From the sequence record SRR2962707_1178: a stretch of 64,000 nucleotides of DNA; one strand, written 5' to 3'. Shown in pieces: positions 61,316 through 64,000 of this stretch. How positions within the stretch are numbered: the stretch's first letter is position 1; each line of letters opens with the position of its first letter. The translations under genes and the position numbers were made by a program. The notes beneath the pieces were generated by a model. That model did not search any database. It had not been told where the DNA came from and was given only the letters and a program-made list of their open reading frames with translations.

Positions 61316-62761
61316 TTACTCCAGACCGGCATTGTTTATGGCGTTGGTTTTCGGTGCAAAGCTTTCTAAAACACGACGAGTGCCAGCAAATTTGCGTTGA
61401 ATTTCTTCGTATTCGTCTTCGGCATTAGAGTCATAGACATTGCCGCCACAAGTCTGCACGTAGGCTTTCTCACCTTTCGCAAAAACGGTACGGATCGGTA
61501 TCGCAAACATGCAATCGCCATTGAAAGAGAATTGACCAACCGCACCACCGTAAGGGCCACGACCATCGTTTTCTAAATCGTCGATGATCTTCATCGCTTC
61601 GATTTTAGGTGCGCCCGTCAAGGTGCCCGCAGGGAAGTTGCTCGCCAATGCAGAAAACATGTCATGATCTTCCGCCATGATGCCGACAATTTCACTGGAA
61701 ATATGCTGAACATGACTAAAGCGTTTGATGTCCATCAGGCTACGCACCTTCACCGTGCCAAAGCGAGCCACTCGACCAATGTCATTACGATGCAGGTCGA
61801 CAATCATGTTGTGCTCAGCAATTTCTTTCGGGTCATTCAATAAGGCGCGCGCTAAGGCCACGTCTTCTTTTTCGTCTACACCACGCTTCGCTGTGCCCGC
61901 AAGCGGGAAGGTTTCCATTTCCCCTTGGCGCACGCGGAACAAGAGTTCAGGACTGGCGCCAATGACTTTTTGCTCGCCAAATTTGATGTAATACATTTGT
62001 GGTGACGGGTTCACTTCACGCAGTTGCTCATACAAGTTAATCGTATCGCCTGCCATGTTGAACCACATTTTGAAGCCCACTTCACACTGGAAGATTTTAC
62101 CGTCTACTATGTCTTGTTTCACTTTCGCCACCGCATCTGCGTGGTCAGATTTAGACATAGATTCACCCGCTGGCGTCACCACGAATGGGCCATTTTTCGG
62201 CGTTTCTTCTGCCATCATCTTATTCACGAGTGCCACACGATTGGCATCGCAATGCTCATCTTCGTAGTAGAAGTAGACCACTTCGCCGGTCATCTTGTCG
62301 TAGATCAGACCGTCTTTGTACAAACCAAAACGGAAGGCATCAAACATCTCACTCGACTGCAGATTCAAACTTGGCTCAAAGTAGTTCATACTGTCGTAAC
62401 CAAGATAACCGGTTAACCCACCCGCGAAACCGCGCGACAAAATATTCTGCGGCACAATGTCTCGTAGCAAATAATATGGGTTCTCAGATTCGTAGGACTC
62501 AGTACTGCCATCACGCTCTTGAATAAACAGCTGTTTGCCTTCAGCCCAGATCAATTTCTCAGGGTCAAAGCCAATGATCGAATGGCGGGAAATAAAACTC
62601 TCTTCGCCAAGGGATTCCAACATAAAGCAGTTATCGAAATGCTTTTCTACCGTTTTAAACAAGGCAAAAAAGTCACAATCGGCGCTGATAGTAATGTACT
62701 TAGGCTTGCGCGGTAGCGTGATGCGCTGCGGCTTTTTTTGATAGTAAGACTGGCTACTCAT
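61316..62761 (-). CDS. trpE: Anthranilate synthase component I
   Basis: MLES, GYLGYD, NPSP.M, GASPE, PLAGT..RG, KE.AEH.M.VDL.RND, FPAGTLTGAPK; in an operon with trpR. Confidence 0.88.
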   Translation of the reverse strand: MSSQSYYQKKPQRITLPRKPKYITISADCDFFALFKTVEKHFDNCFMLESLGEESFISRHSIIGFDPEKLIWAEGKQLFIQERDGSTESYESENPYYLLRDIVPQNILSRGFAGGLTGYLGYDSMNYFEPSLNLQSSEMFDAFRFGLYKDGLIYDKMTGEVVYFYYEDEHCDANRVALVNKMMAEETPKNGPFVVTPAGESMSKSDHADAVAKVKQDIVDGKIFQCEVGFKMWFNMAGDTINLYEQLREVNPSPQMYYIKFGEQKVIGASPELLFRVRQGEMETFPLAGTAKRGVDEKEDVALARALLNDPKEIAEHNMIVDLHRNDIGRVARFGTVKVRSLMDIKRFSHVQHISSEIVGIMAEDHDMFSALASNFPAGTLTGAPKIEAMKIIDDLENDGRGPYGGAVGQFSFNGDCMFAIPIRTVFAKGEKAYVQTCGGNVYDSNAEDEYEEIQRKFAGTRRVLESFAPKTNAINNAGLE

Positions 62762-62988
62762 GATTCTTTTAATTCCTTCAATGCGCGGGAGCCACGGGTC
62801 ACCGTAGCAATACCAACACCTAACTGTTTTGCGATGTCGCGCTGTGGCACACCGTCGTCTAATAAGGCAATGATTTTTAACCGGCGCGCCATTTCGCTGA
62901 TCTCGTTTGGCGTCAGCAACACGGTTAAGCGCTTTTCTAACTCGGCGGCATCATCAACTTCGGATAAAAACTGGATCAAGTCCTTCAT
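62758..62988 (-). CDS. trpR: Trp repressor TrpR (compact, 76 aa)
   Basis: LLTPNE...ARRL.I...L....PQR.IA..LGVGIATVTRGSR.LK; ATGA overlap with trpE. Confidence 0.88.
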   Translation of the reverse strand: MKDLIQFLSEVDDAAELEKRLTVLLTPNEISEMARRLKIIALLDDGVPQRDIAKQLGVGIATVTRGSRALKELKES

Positions 62989-63025
62989 AGGTTGTGTCTC
63001 TAATGACTCTTATAAAAAGGGCTGT

Positions 63026-63043
63026 GTATTCACGTACTAGTAC
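63026..63043. promoter_or_regulatory. TrpR operator overlapping a putative sigma70 promoter of trpR-trpE-trpG
   Basis: GTATTCACGTACTAGTAC (TrpR-type GTACTAGT..ACTAGTAC); minus-strand TTGCTT-N17-TATTGT at 63070-63042. Confidence 0.72.
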
Positions 63044-63177
63044 AATATAGATTTCAAAGGAGTGAAGCAAGAGGTCTGAGCATAAAAAGACAAGGTGCTT
63101 CATCATTAAATTGATCCGTTCGCTAATTAAGACTTTCAATGAAAAACTAACAAAACTATGGAAGAGCGAGGTTTAAC

Positions 63178-63462
63178 ATGAGTATTTTTGATGAATTAAA
63201 ATCTTCTTTAGAAGCAGCGGTAGATATCCACCAAGGTCGTAAAGAAACTGGTCGTAGTACTCGCGTTGAGATCGCAGATGTAAAATCTATTCGCGATGAC
63301 CTTCAAGTCTCTCAGGCTGAGTTTGCCAAAGCGCTTGGCACCAGTGTGGATACGATTAAGAGCGGGGAAAGTCGACGTCGCAACCCAACAGGCTTAGCGG
63401 CTAAGGTATTGGCAACGATTCAAGATAACCCCAATTTCTATAACGAATTATCAGCACACTGA
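63178..63462 (+). CDS. XRE-family HTH protein (HigA-2/NadS-like antitoxin)
   Basis: MSIFDELK.SLE.AV, DVK.IR..L.VSQAEFA..LG.SV.T...E..RRNP.G.A..L. Confidence 0.8.
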   Translation: MSIFDELKSSLEAAVDIHQGRKETGRSTRVEIADVKSIRDDLQVSQAEFAKALGTSVDTIKSGESRRRNPTGLAAKVLATIQDNPNFYNELSAH

Positions 63463-63599
63463 CAATATCCTCTGTCTTACGCATTAAAGCGCTGCTCTGT
63501 GTCTAAGTAACGCTTTATCCTACCAACATAGTGTTAAATCAAGAAAAACGCTTTCGTTGTTCTATATAATGCTCGCATCATCCATCATGAGGAAAGCTA

Positions 63600-63986
63600 A
63601 TGGGTATTGTCGTCGCGGTTTGTATGTGGCTCATCTTGCTGATGTCTGTTCCTAACCCGCTGCGCGGTAAATTAGAGAAACGGCAGGGCACGCTCGCATT
63701 GTTGGCATTTATAGCAGGGGTTTGGAACTTCGCTTTTTATGGATCCTTTCATCTTGGGGAGTTTTGGGGAAATGCGGCCTTTATTTCTGGCTTCTTTATG
63801 ATGTTCAGTAGCTTTCCGCTCTTACAAGCCGACACCTGGCCTTCGCCGCTAAAAAGCCCGATTCAAACGCTGCAGCGTTATCGTCATGCAATACACAATG
63901 TCATCAATAACTTAGCCCTGTTTGCGCTTGCCATTTATGCGTCACTTTACACTTATGCCCTTATCCTACTGAATTTGAACGCCTAA
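63600..63986 (+). CDS. Hypothetical membrane protein (about 4 TM helices)
   Basis: RBS GAGGA; hydrophobic segments; WN..FYG..HLGEFWG.AA..SG. Confidence 0.7.
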   Translation: MGIVVAVCMWLILLMSVPNPLRGKLEKRQGTLALLAFIAGVWNFAFYGSFHLGEFWGNAAFISGFFMMFSSFPLLQADTWPSPLKSPIQTLQRYRHAIHNVINNLALFALAIYASLYTYALILLNLNA

Positions 63987-64000
63987 CCCATAAAAAAAGA

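Noticed and set aside
62738..63139. ORFs 62738..63040 (+) and 62954..63139 (-)
   Set aside because: Shadow of trpR, and an ORF spanning its promoter/operator; the latter has no Trp codons, so it is not a trp leader

Overview
A 64-kb chromosomal segment of a gammaproteobacterium. Gene content and order look Oceanospirillales/Marinomonas-like, which is an inference and not a database result. In order it contains: glnA(5'-truncated)-ntrB-ntrC; a DUF3461/YaeH-like gene and tsaC; a liv-type ABC operon with a sigma54 promoter and NtrC site; the conserved yibQ-ctpA-envC-gpmI / rhodanese-grxC-secB locus, split by a ~6-kb pipecolate/aminoadipate (lysine) catabolic cluster (LysR, amaA-like, amaB-like, LysR, DUF1338/HglS-like); an uncharacterised three-lipoprotein operon (COG3014-like, LpoB-like, LPP20-like) led by an unannotated 41-aa CPYC membrane peptide; a TRAP transporter with pobA/pobR; an RSP_7527-like small protein; Pho-box-preceded EAL-CBS-GGDEF and PlcP-like genes; ohrR-ohr; a cNMP-CBS-nucleotidyltransferase (DUF294)/DEDDh nuclease pair with a CrbR-like box; siaABCD plus a CHASE-PAS-GGDEF-EAL gene; a GntR-controlled TRAP-gntK-gntR gluconate locus; Fur-boxed fecI-fecR-TonB-dependent receptor; small stress and hydrolase genes; an unannotated 17-aa hydrophobic ORF with its own RBS and terminator; an elyC-like gene remnant; a trpR-trpE-trpG operon with a TrpR operator; and an orphan XRE antitoxin-like gene. 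I recognised no rRNA, tRNA, CRISPR array, integrase or transposase. All family calls come from motif recognition by eye; no searches were run.
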